A stretch of DNA of 64,000 bases, from NCBI GenBank assembly GCA_051294375.1, contig CM119267.1, positions 16,591,476 to 16,655,475 of the forward strand. The letters are read 5' to 3'. Below, piece by piece: positions 12,593 to 23,954 of this stretch; the stretch's first letter is position 1, and each line of letters opens with the position of its first letter. Source of the stretch: Paraspadella gotoi. Its lineage: Eukaryota; Animalia; Chaetognatha. The notes below the pieces were generated by a model. It saw only the letters and a program-made list of their open reading frames with translations, made no database searches and had not been told where the DNA came from. The position numbers were made by a program, and so were the translations under genes.

Positions 12593-13944
12593 TAAGAGTG
12601 CAAATTAAGTCGTCAAAAAACTGAAGAAAGGATGAAAAGCGGACAAAGAGTTCCCCCCTCTGGATTCAGACGTACGGGAATAAGACGCCTTTTTTTAAAA
12701 AAAAGTAGGGATCTTGCTGCGGGGAGGCGGGTCGGGTACTGGGTAGGGAATTTTGAAACTTCAGATAGCGGGAGAAGGCGAGGGTAGATTTGAGAAAAGG
12801 TTGGGGTTTTAAAAAAATACGAGGCCGCGGCAGAGGGAATAGTATCTTCTTGTTCGGCCCGAGGGGGGAAAAAGTTTCTTTCCCCCCCTCATTTCTTTTG
12901 AAGAAATCGGGGGTGGGGAAAGAATGTGGTGAGATCTTAAGACTTATCTCTTAATTATATTGATAGCTGGAAAAGTGAAAAGGAAACCCGAGTCTGAATT
13001 AAGGTTGAGGCCCGTCTCTCTAATCCCCCCTCCAGCATCTGGACCAAAAGATTGGATATTTTTTTCGCAGAGAGAATTTGTGGAGTTTTTTTGAGGGTTT
13101 TTCTTAATTTTCGGGCGAAGAAAATTGTTTAAGAAAAAATTTTCATTGATTTTTGAAACTAAAAGAAAAAAAGGTGGAGGAGATCAAGAAGACGAAAGGA
13201 GGTTTAATGAAACGTGTTTTTCATTATTTTTTAATTCATTTATTCAATTTAACATACTTTTTCTGCACCCGAACTAATTAGCTACTAATTTTTTTTATTT
13301 GACTTCTCATTCGTTATTTATTTGTTCTTAAAACTCGACTTTCGTTAACTAACGTGGTTGTTCTTTTAACAACCGAAAACATTTTCCTTGACATAAGAAC
13401 CCTACCCGTTCTCTCCGACGACATAGTCCTCGTTGCTGTTCTAGTCGTCGTTGTCAGAAACCGCGGGGTTTTCGTCACCGGACTTTTTCGTTCTCGGCCC
13501 CCCGCGCGAAAGGAAAACGACTTCCCTCGCAACACAAATAACTTTTTAAAATCTCGATTTTTAGTCCTGTATATTGTCTTAGATATTCGCAAGGTAAAAA
13601 CCTATTTAGTTTCTTATTGTTTCTTTCAGTAGATATTATATAGTAACTCTAATTGTAATTTTTTAAAAAATATTTAAGTAAACTGTTTAAACTACGATAT
13701 ATATTAGTCTTGTACGAAGTTTCCTATGTTATTGAATTTCTTAGTTCTTTCTCCGCGAAATTTTTTTTTAATCCGCTATTTCCGTAGTATTTACTTTTAT
13801 TTTATAACAATTAATTTTATCCTTTTATATCCTGTTTTTCTTTCTTTTTTTTTATAAGCATTCACGCCGCCACGCGCGTTTTTGTTTCCTGGGCCGAACG
13901 GTACCTGGCAGGCTCGCGGTGGCGAGAGAAGAACGAAGAAAGAA

Positions 13945-13984
<40 letters not shown>

Positions 13985-14155
13985 AGAGAGAGAGAGAGAG
14001 AGAAGACGAGAGAAAGAGAGTAGAGAGAGAGAAGAGAGAGAGAAAGACGAGATCGTGTCTTGGTAATAATATCCTTTCAATTACGGAACTTGCCTCGAGA
14101 ACGAAACAAAAAAGATCGAGAGAGTATTTCTTTTCTTTTCTTTCTTTTTTTTTTG
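12340..14155 (+). repeat. Segment A copy 2
   Basis: Colinear with 7060-8940; differences are mostly 1-bp indels. Confidence 0.95.
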
Positions 14156-14353
14156 TCGACGAAATGGACTATTCTGACGAAAGATTTTTGTTCGATCCGA
14201 GGTCGCGTCAACGTCGGTCCCGGTATCTAAGTCGCGATCTTGACCTCGATCTTTAGTTTTTTCTTTTTTTTTTTATCCGCGTCATCTAAACGATCGATCG
14301 TCGATCCGACTTATAAAAATAACCTTTAACTCTCCTTTTCGTTGGTGCGAGGC

Positions 14354-14401
<48 letters not shown>

Positions 14402-14580
14402 AGAGATCATCTTTAAGCCAATGTCTGTTCCCGTTCCCCTCGATCCCCAACACACCGAGAAACCCACATGAGATCGGTTTGTTTTCATTCGCCCCCGGAA
14501 TTACACGAAATCTTTCGTCCGCGTTCCCGTAATTAACCCAAGTGTGTTTGTGTTGCAGCTCTCTCCTCTCTTCCTCTCTG

Positions 14581-14642
<62 letters not shown>

Positions 14643-14665
14643 TTCTCTCTCTCTCTCTCTCCTCT

Positions 14666-14702
<37 letters not shown>

Positions 14703-14815
14703 ATGCCCGAAACGACCCCTTAAAGTAACAGATTCCTCTTTCTTCCTCCTCTTCCTCCTCTCTATCGCTCTTCCCGTTGACTTCGTTATCNNNNNNNNNN
14801 NNNNNNNNNNNNNNN

Positions 14816-16353
14816 GTTTGACACGAAGAAAAACAAACACAACCTCGGAGTCGACGACGAACGACGACGAACGACGAAGATAAAGTCTCCCACGAGGCGT
14901 CATCCGCGGAAATCCGTGAGCCGAGTTGGGGGGGAAGAGGCCGAGGTCTGGGGGGGGGTGGGGCCCGTGGGGAGATATGTGATTTGCTGGGACAGTGACA
15001 CTCAACGTGTGATGAAATCCCTTTGTGGGTCGTAATCATCGCGGGGGGTCGGATTGACTCGGGGGTTAAGGAGCATCGATGACAGAATGAGAATGACAGT
15101 TGATGTCGATGATGACAATGGAGGCCATGGGCCAAGATGTCAGAGAAAACGAAATTTGTGAAAAGTGATAAAGTACGACGACAATCACGACGACGATGAC
15201 GACGACGACACCGTCCTTGGAGACTCTTCAAACTGGTCGCAGATAAAAAAGATTTGCTTCCCTCGTGCCTTCTCGTCAAAAATTCTTTTGCGCTCAAGAA
15301 AAACAAACAAAAGAGTCGAAGAGAGAAAACATTGTGAAGGGAAGATAAGAAATTAACTGGAGTAAGGTTAAACTTAAAGGGATGAGAAAATGGCGAGGTG
15401 GGGTTGAGTAATGTAGTGGGGGAGGCAGGAACGGTTGGAAAATTGCGATTGTGCGGTTGAGCGGTTGAGAAATACGAAGTGAATAAGTTTCCAATTGGAG
15501 AAAGGAATGTTTTAAAGAGTTACAACGTATGAGAACAAAATAAACGAGTATGCAAAAATGTGATGGGTTAGACAACAGTATGATGCAAATAAACCATGAT
15601 GACTCATGAAAAAGACGATGAATAAAAAATGAAAGAAAATCTAAACCGAGAAGATAAGAAAAATAAATAAAGAAGAAAAATTGTGGCCGATTTAAAAGTG
15701 CGGAGAATTTAAAAAGAACAAGATTGAGGAAAAAAAATAGACAGCGCAAGGAGCGTGAAGATAAATCGATGAGGTCAAAGAAAAAAAAAGAGACAAATGA
15801 TAGGAAAAAAAAATGATCACAATTAAATTAGAAAAAGTGTGACAGACGTTTATCAGCGGGCAAGGGTTAAATTACCTCTAATAGGGTCGCGTCGGGTCAG
15901 ATTCTGTTCTTTCGACACCTCGGCTTAAGATTTTTAAATCAGACCATATTGAGAAAACATAAGTTCAAGCCTCTTATAAAAGTTTTCGAGGTGTTGTTTT
16001 AATCTTTAAGTGATATCTAGAATAAACATTCTGGAGTTGTTTGAATGATACTTTTAATCATTTGTAGAAGGATTTAATTTTTTTTTTAACACCCTCAATC
16101 ATAATATACGAAATGTTATACTCATTAAACTTTTAGATTACATTATGAACTACCGCAAAGAAACATTACATTTGCCATTGACAAAGCTTAAAACCACGAA
16201 AATGAATGAATTTAAAAAAAAAAGAAAAGAAAGAATTCTTTTCCCTCTCGTCTCTGCGGTCGAAGGGACAAGTGCTCTATTCTTTATTTTCTTTGTTCCC
16301 CGATCCTTTCAAGCCTGGACGTGCTTCCCGCGAGACGGGAGAGATCATTGCTG

Positions 16354-16385
<32 letters not shown>

Positions 16386-16547
16386 GTCCCTTCCACGTCG
16401 TCCTCGTCTTAATCATAATGATCTTGGGTTACCGGTTCCGATTCCATGGCGAAAAGGAATCCCTACTTTGGACAAAGAAGAGGGAATTTTTGTTATCAGA
16501 TGCTGCGGCCAAACCTTAATGGAGAACAGATGAGCGACGAACGCGAT
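14816..16547 (-). repeat. Segment C inverted copy (about 1.73 kb)
   Basis: Reverse complement of 9475-11595; begins right after a 25-N gap. Confidence 0.93.
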
Positions 16548-18111
16548 AAACGTTATCGTCCAATCAGCGACGAATTTTGGAGATCCTACCAATCAGAGAG
16601 AAGAGCGGTTTTTTTTTCTTTTTTTTTAATCTTCGTTTTTTTTCGCGAAATTCAAGAGCACAAAACCAATTAGCATATTGCGTTCGTTTTGACCAAAACT
16701 TCTTTTGTTGAAAAGACGCGGATTTTTTTTTTTCGCACCTGGCAATTAGCGTATTCATAAACGCGTTATGCAAATTTCGTTTGCCAATAAAAATACCAGA
16801 AGAAACTGGTTCGACAGATGCGAGCGAATTCTGTCACGTTCTGGCTTGAATTAATCTTCCATGCAAAACATTCATGCTGAGCGAAGAGTCATTACATTAG
16901 CCACGTCACACGAATTAATCGATTAACGAGCGGCAGTTCAATCTTATTTGAAATTATATTTGGATTACGAATCAAGAAAAACATAATTCCGTTAATGGAA
17001 AAACTATTTTTGGAAACTCTTGCAGCTTGCTATCCGAGCAGATCGGAATTGCAAAGACGCAATTCGACGAAGCTCTTTGAATTATCTCACTTTCCACTGC
17101 TCTCCGCTATTCGGTGCTAAAAAAAATCCAGATTGACGCAATTCCGCGCATCACCTCACCTCGCATGACATCAACTCACCCGGCATAAAAACAAACACGA
17201 CCGCGTCGAACGCAAATCTAGATCGACGAGGTGGCGACGGGCATTTCGGGAGACTTTTTATCCTCTCCCCCCCCACACCCGCCACTAAATTAAAAAAAGT
17301 CGTGATTTGACGATTCCGAGAGAACTCGATCTTTCTCTCTCTCTCTCTCGTCTCTCTCTCACTCTTCTCTCTCTTCTCTCTCTCTCTTTCTCTCTCTCTT
17401 CTCATCTCTCTCTCTCTCTCTCTCTCGTCCATCCCGAGTCTTGTTTGTCATCCGGCACCGCAAGATCGAAAAAGAATACCCTAGTGGGGGGGGACAGGTT
17501 GGGCGGTAAAAGGGGATGGGTGATCTGATCGGTGATAAGAGTGGGAGGGGCGACGGATCGGGGTGGCATTGGTGGCGTTGGTGTCATATGTTTGCCATCA
17601 GGCGACCACCAGAATCGGAGAGTTAAGAATTTCGGTAAAGGGAAAGATTTTTCATTCGTTCTTCACGTTCGTTGGGCGACCGCGAGTAAGCTCAGGACCG
17701 CACACTGCAGAAAAGTAAGGAAAAGGGCGGCACGCCGGTGGGCTAACACGGCGGGTAAGGTAGGGCGCCAGAGGTCGAGTTTCAGCGAGGTAAGTTCAGC
17801 GCCGGATCCCGCGAGATTCCTTATCTGTTTTCAATCTTCTTCTGTTTCATTCTTCGTTTCGTTTGCAGAAGATCCGGTTGCGTCTGTAGATTTCAAATCG
17901 AGGCTCGATTTTTTTTTCTTGCGATTTCAAGTCAAAAGACGATTAGGGTCTGACGTGTGTTGCTCGTCCACGTTTTTTGTTGTTGTTGTTAATGTCATTG
18001 TCATCGCTGTCGTCGTTGTCGTCGTCATCGTCTGGTTGCTGGTGACTTCTGGTTTCTTCCTTTTCAACTTTTCTGATTTTTTTGGTTTCAAATGTATGAT
18101 ACAGAATGTAT

Positions 18112-18250
18112 TTTACGAAAAAGTTTTATTTGATTTCGACAACGATTTGTTTTTATTTTAAAAACATGTTTCGGCTTTTCATACAAGCCTTGATCAGTTT
18201 TTAAAATAAAAACAAATCGTTGTCGAAATCAAATAAAACTTTTTCGTAAA
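18112..18250. repeat. Perfect 54-bp inverted repeat with 31-bp spacer (hairpin/cruciform)
   Basis: 18112-18165 tttacgaaaaagttttatttgatttcgacaacgatttgtttttattttaaaaac is the exact reverse complement of 18197-18250. Confidence 0.97.
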
Positions 18251-19027
18251 CAAACACACAACGAAAGAAAGGAATATACAGCAGAATGTATTTTGAATGT
18301 GTATGGTAGTGTTGACGGGTACGAGAATCGATCCGATGCTACCTTACCTCATCGCCACCCACTCAATCAATATCTCATCGGTGTCTTCTTCGGCCGCCGC
18401 CGCCGCCGCCGTCAATGTCTTCGTCATCTTCCGAAGACAATAGTTTGATAGAATAAACGCGCGAGGGAACATCAATTCAATGCAAATTTTTCTCTTATTC
18501 ATCGTCGTCGTCGTCGTCGTCGTCGTCTAAGCGGCAGGTGATGGAAACGCGAACCAAATCTCTCTTTTTTTTTTCGTTCGATGGAATAGACTTTCTCATT
18601 CATCTTTCATCATTTTTCTTTTCATCTTTCATTCTTCAGTCTTCAGTCTTTCACGCTTCCTTTCCTCTCTGCGGTTTATATCCAGCGAATTCCAGCCGAA
18701 GAACACCTGCCCTTTCCTTTTCTTTACTTTTTATTGAGTTTTTTTTTTTTTTTAATTTTTAATTCTCGATAATTATTTTAGAATCGATCGAAAATAGACT
18801 CTTGGAGGTAATATTTGTTTAAATTCCCAAAAATTGATGGACCAAGAAAATAAATTTCGATTCTAAATTAACTTATGAAACGACGATAAGTCGGTAAAAG
18901 TTGATACAAGAAACAAAAGTTTGAAATAAAAACGTCTCAAACTCTATGTTTGGTTGTAATGAAAAACTTGATTAGATCGAGAATAAAATGTATTACATCA
19001 TGGAGAACACGGTGACGTAGTCGACCA

Positions 19028-19120
19028 CGACGACGACTATATGATGACGACAACGACGACGACGGTAACTATAACGAAGACGACGACAACGACGATAACT
19101 ATAACGAAGACGACGACGAC
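19028..19120. repeat. (GAC)-rich tract containing a 30-bp-period duplication
   Basis: taactataacgaagacgacgac at 19066 and 19096. Confidence 0.85.
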
Positions 19121-19177
19121 CCGTCGTAACCCTCGAAGAATTGAAAGTCGTTCTCGTAGTCGTTTATTCGTTTGATG

Positions 19178-19208
<31 letters not shown>

Positions 19209-20072
19209 NNNNNNNNNNNNNNNNNNNNNNNNNNNNNNNNNNNNNNNNNNNNNNNNNNNNNNNNNNNNNNNNNNNNNNNNNNNNNNNNNNNNNNNNNNNN
19301 NNNNNNNNNNNNNNNNNNNNNNNNNNNNNNNNNNNNNNNNNNNNNNNNNNNNNNNNNNNNNNNNNNNNNNNNNNNNNNNNNNNNNNNNNNNNNNNNNNNN
19401 NNNNNNNNNNNNNNNNNNNNNNNNNNNNNNNNNNNNNNNNNNNNNNNNNNNNNNNNNNNNNNNNNNNNNNNNNNNNNNNNNNNNNNNNNNNNNNNNNNNN
19501 NNNNNNNNNNNNNNNNNNNNNNNNNNNNNNNNNNNNNNNNNNNNNNNNNNNNNNNNNNNNNNNNNNNNNNNNNNNNNNNNNNNNNNNNNNNNNNNNNNNN
19601 NNNNNNNNNNNNNNNNNNNNNNNNNNNNNNNNNNNNNNNNNNNNNNNNNNNNNNNNNNNNNNNNNNNNNNNNNNNNNNNNNNNNNNNNNNNNNNNNNNNN
19701 NNNNNNNNNNNNNNNNNNNNNNNNNNNNNNNNNNNNNNNNNNNNNNNNNNNNNNNNNNNNNNNNNNNNNNNNNNNNNNNNNNNNNNNNNNNNNNNNNNNN
19801 NNNNNNNNNNNNNNNNNNNNNNNNNNNNNNNNNNNNNNNNNNNNNNNNNNNNNNNNNNNNNNNNNNNNNNNNNNNNNNNNNNNNNNNNNNNNNNNNNNNN
19901 NNNNNNNNNNNNNNNNNNNNNNNNNNNNNNNNNTCGATATATATCGAAATAAAATAAAATCCTCCTTTTCTCTCGATTTAAAAGGAGAGCGGGAAAGCCT
20001 CCTTTCGCACATAAAACAACGCCCGGGGGTTGAAGACCCGTGACTCAGCCTCCTAAAAGACGCTTCGACGTG

Positions 20073-20106
<34 letters not shown>

Positions 20107-20551
20107 NNNNNNNNNNNNNNNNNNNNNNNNNNNNNNNNNNNNNNNNNNNNNNNNNNNNNNNNNNNNNNNNNNNNNNNNNNNNNNNNNNNNNNNNNNNNNN
20201 NNNNNNNNNNNNNNNNNNNNNNNNNNNNNNNNNNNNNNNNNNNNNNNNNNNNNNNNNNNNNNNNNNNNNNNNNNNNNNNNNNNNNNNNNNNNNNNNNNNN
20301 NNNNNNNNNNNNNNNNNNNNNNNNNNNNNNNNNNNNNNNNNNNNNNNNNNNNNNNNNNNNNNNNNGGAGCGGATGCGAGAAGGAAATGGCCCGACGCGGA
20401 TCTTCTCAAAAGGTCACCTCCGCTAAATGGTGTTCGAGTTAAGGGGAGTGGGTTGGGTTCGGGCGGGAGATAATGGGGTTCGAGAGAATCCTTGATGTTG
20501 TTGGAGAAGGTTTGGAGAAGGTGGCATTGATGTCGTTCATCGTTTGGATCT

Positions 20552-21984
20552 AAAGCTCAAATAGATCCCTTGTGGGAGGCGTGGTATTTGATATTTGATA
20601 GAAAGAACGGAGAAAAGTTAAGAGAGAGTAGAGGAGAGGTAAAAGTGGAAAGATTGGTCAGTTTAATTGGAAGATGGGTGAAGCTGGAAAAGTGAGTTTG
20701 GGAAAGATTCACAAGGATGAGAAAAAGTCTAAGTGGGGAATGAATCATCCAACACGGTGAAAATTTTCCGAAAAAGCCTCGGTTCGTTTTTTACGTGTTA
20801 TTAATAATTATAACTTATCTTGTAGGATCCCATTTGTCGGTTTATGACAGATTGAGATGTTAGAAAAGCTAAAGAGGAGCGCGAAGATACAGCCAACCCT
20901 AAACAGAATCAACTCCCTGGAACTTTTCCCATATTGAGATTGGATGATCATAGAAAACATCTTCCCCCAAAAAAGTAGATCCAGTGGGAAAGAAAGAAAA
21001 AGCCATAAAACCTTCATAAAATAAGCGGAAAACTTTGTGCCCGGGAATCCATTGCTTTCTACCGGAAAAAAAAATATCGCCCTGGATATGTTTCGTCTTC
21101 ATTGGTCCGGGCTTTCGTTTGTTATCAATTATTTCGTTTTTATTTGACATTACGAGAATATTTTATCTTCATAGCGAGTGGTAATAAAAGAGACATAATC
21201 TGTTGGTTCTGGATGTAATCAACTAAGTTTGTTTTCAATATTTAAAATGTATTAGTTTCATTTTGAATCTCTTCATATTTGACGCAAATATGACACGATG
21301 GATTATAATTTTTTTTTTAATTTTTGGGTAGAAAAGTAGTTATGGAATAACAATTTTGTCTAAGTTAATACATACATCGAGTGGTTTAAATGCTCAACTT
21401 CCACAACGGATAACCTCCTGCTCTTTCCGATCGATCCTTTCCAAAACCGACCACCAAAAAAAAAAAACGATCAATTTTCGTTTTGAATTTGGAAGGAAAT
21501 TCTTGATCCTCGAGATTCAATGAGACGAGAATGAAGAATCATTATGTAGTCGGAGAGAGAATTAGACGCGAGTAAGATTCAGAGGAATTCCAAATTTGTC
21601 TTTAGTCATACCACGTCATTTTTAAAAATAACGTATCATTAAATTAGATGTTTTTTGTGCAATTTTTCGTCTTCCATCCTTAAAAACAAAATTCTCCTTC
21701 AACCAGAAGGCTGAAGCACTTATTTTTATGCACTTTTATTCGAATGCAACATGTTTGATTCAGTACAAACATCATTACCAAACAATACTGAGTCTAAATT
21801 ATTTTAAGTAGCAATAAACAATTCTTTATCACAAAACGTTTATTGCAACCAATATTCCAGAGTGGTGCCATTTGATACTCGTGATTCCACGACGTTGGAA
21901 CCCTAAACCCAAGGCGCCCAAATGTTGAAACCCAACGGAATTAATTTTCTCGAAAACGAAAAGAGTCGAAAACGCGGAAGGAAG

Positions 21985-22027
<43 letters not shown>

Positions 22028-23940
22028 CGAATAAACCGAATGATGTTACTCGTTTCGCCAAATTAGTCAGATTAATCGCCCGGCGTCTTTTTGGTGGCGT
22101 CACCGCTATTTGCGGCGTCGCTGAATTCTTAAGGACTTCGACGGGGAGAGACGACAGCAACGACTTGGCAACGCTGGCGTTAAAAACGCATTTATGTTGT
22201 GATGATTATCCTTTTGCGTCTGACGTGTAANNNNNNNNNNTCGTACTTAATAGTTGATACTGATAATACCCTCAAATTTTCCATAAATATTTTCTCAAGC
22301 TTTAACTAAGTATAATTCTCTACTCAACCCAGGAAATAGGAACTTTTTTATACTCCGCAGTGTAATACTTAGTTCTCATGTACAGTAAAGTTGCTAAATT
22401 TGTTTTGTCCGAAGTTAGTATGAATCTGTTTTCTCTTGACCTCGAAATGACCCACGCATCGTTCAAAGCCTCGAGCAATTTAAACTCAGTGAGGAAAATA
22501 AAAATACCTAAGGCCAAAACTCCGACACTTAACGATAAACATCGGCAGAGACCCAGAGTAAACCACCATTAGTTTTCGATGCGGTGCTCGTTTTTGCCGT
22601 CGTCGTAATCGTCGTCGTTTTACTTATGGATTTTGATTTAAGTCAAAATCAGACTTTTTTAGAATTGGAAACGATCCAACGCTTTAGAGGATTTCGTTTT
22701 CCGTGGAAAAAATGATATTTTTTTGGTAACACTAATTTTTAGTAATTTTTCATGATGAAGGTTAACATATTGGCCGAAACAAAGTCCGTTTTTTTCATGT
22801 CTCGCAATGCATGATCATTGGCTCAAGTTAAGAATCAAGTTATTAAAGTTTTTTTTTGTAACCAAGATTACATTTCTGCTGATACCTCACGAACTCATTC
22901 CATCGAGCCTAAACTTTGATTCAAGGTCCAGTTGGTCCTAGATTCCAAAAATCCTCATTCATCGACAGTTCATCCCCATTCTCTTCCGGGATTTTTTAAA
23001 TCCGGGCTTTCACATCCGGGTTTTTTGACCCAAAACCCGCGATTCTGACCCACTTTTCGCGGAATCCCCCAGATTTTATTTCTCCTACTAAAAAAAGAAA
23101 GGATGGAAGGAATAATGGCCAAGGCCGGAAGGGTCCAGACCTCGGGAGCTCGCGAAGGAAGACGCTTTTAAGGACGGGACGTCGAGACGATAGGCGTGGC
23201 GAGAGCGGATAAATGGCTGGTTCCACGTTGGGACGAAATTGGAATCTAAAAGATGAAGAAGCAAAAGAGTCATGTTAATAATGAGCGAATCGAGCGATGC
23301 ATTCACATCGGTCATGGTTAACCAGTGGTTAATAACCACTATCCCATGTTCCCGAAGAATTAATCTTTTTTAAAAATCTATGCAGAAAAAACCACAGCAC
23401 AAAATTTCTCCCTTTTTTTCTCGATTTTTTTTTTGTTGGCATAGAATCGGAAGAATGAAAAATTGTGAAAACGAAATTGTAAAAAAAAAAAAAAGAAAAT
23501 AGTAGGACCTCGGCGATACTCGTCCGGGAGAAACGGTTTAAAAGGCCACGAATACGAAAAACGAGTTTGATGCCAACTTTCACTGTTTCTCTCTCTCNNN
23601 NNNNNNNNNNNNNNNNNNNNNNNNNNNNNNNNNNNNNNNNNNNNNNNNNNNNNNNNNNNNNNNNNNNNNNNNNNNNNNNNNNNNNNNNNNNNNNNNNNNN
23701 NNNNNNNNNNNNNNNNNNNNNNNNNNNNNNNNNNNNNNNNNNNNNNNNNNNNNNNNNNNNNNNNNNNNNNNNNNNNNNNNNNNNNNNNNNNNNNNNNNNN
23801 NNNNNNNNNNNNNNNNNNNNNNNNNNNNNNNNNNNNNNNNNNAGAGAGAGAGAGAGAGAGAGAGAGATGCAGAACTTTCATACAATTGAGTCGATATTTT
23901 CTTGTATATGGCAGCTGAAAAAAAATCCAAAATATTATAA
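20552..23940 (+). repeat. Tandem duplication E copy 1 (about 3.4 kb)
   Basis: gatcccttgtgg(g)aggcgtggtatttgatatttgatagaaagaa at about 20564 and about 23967; colinear to tatggcagctgaaaaaaa (about 23910 and about 27262). Confidence 0.96.
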
Positions 23941-23954
23941 AAAGAGAGAGATAA

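Noticed and set aside
17532-18161. 209-aa + strand ORF in fairly complex sequence with several GTAAG motifs
   Set aside because: GTG start, no recognisable domain, and the hydrophobic tail derives from (GTT/GTC)n. The antisense frame I translated has stops. An exon cannot be excluded without RNA-seq.
19066-19106. taactataacg, matching the start of the I-CeuI/LSU rRNA site
   Set aside because: Only 11 bp match and there is no surrounding rRNA similarity.
19141-20043. Long ORFs containing X runs (also 28593-29459, 53687-54541, 57105-58017, 62320-63162)
   Set aside because: They are open only because they cross N gaps.
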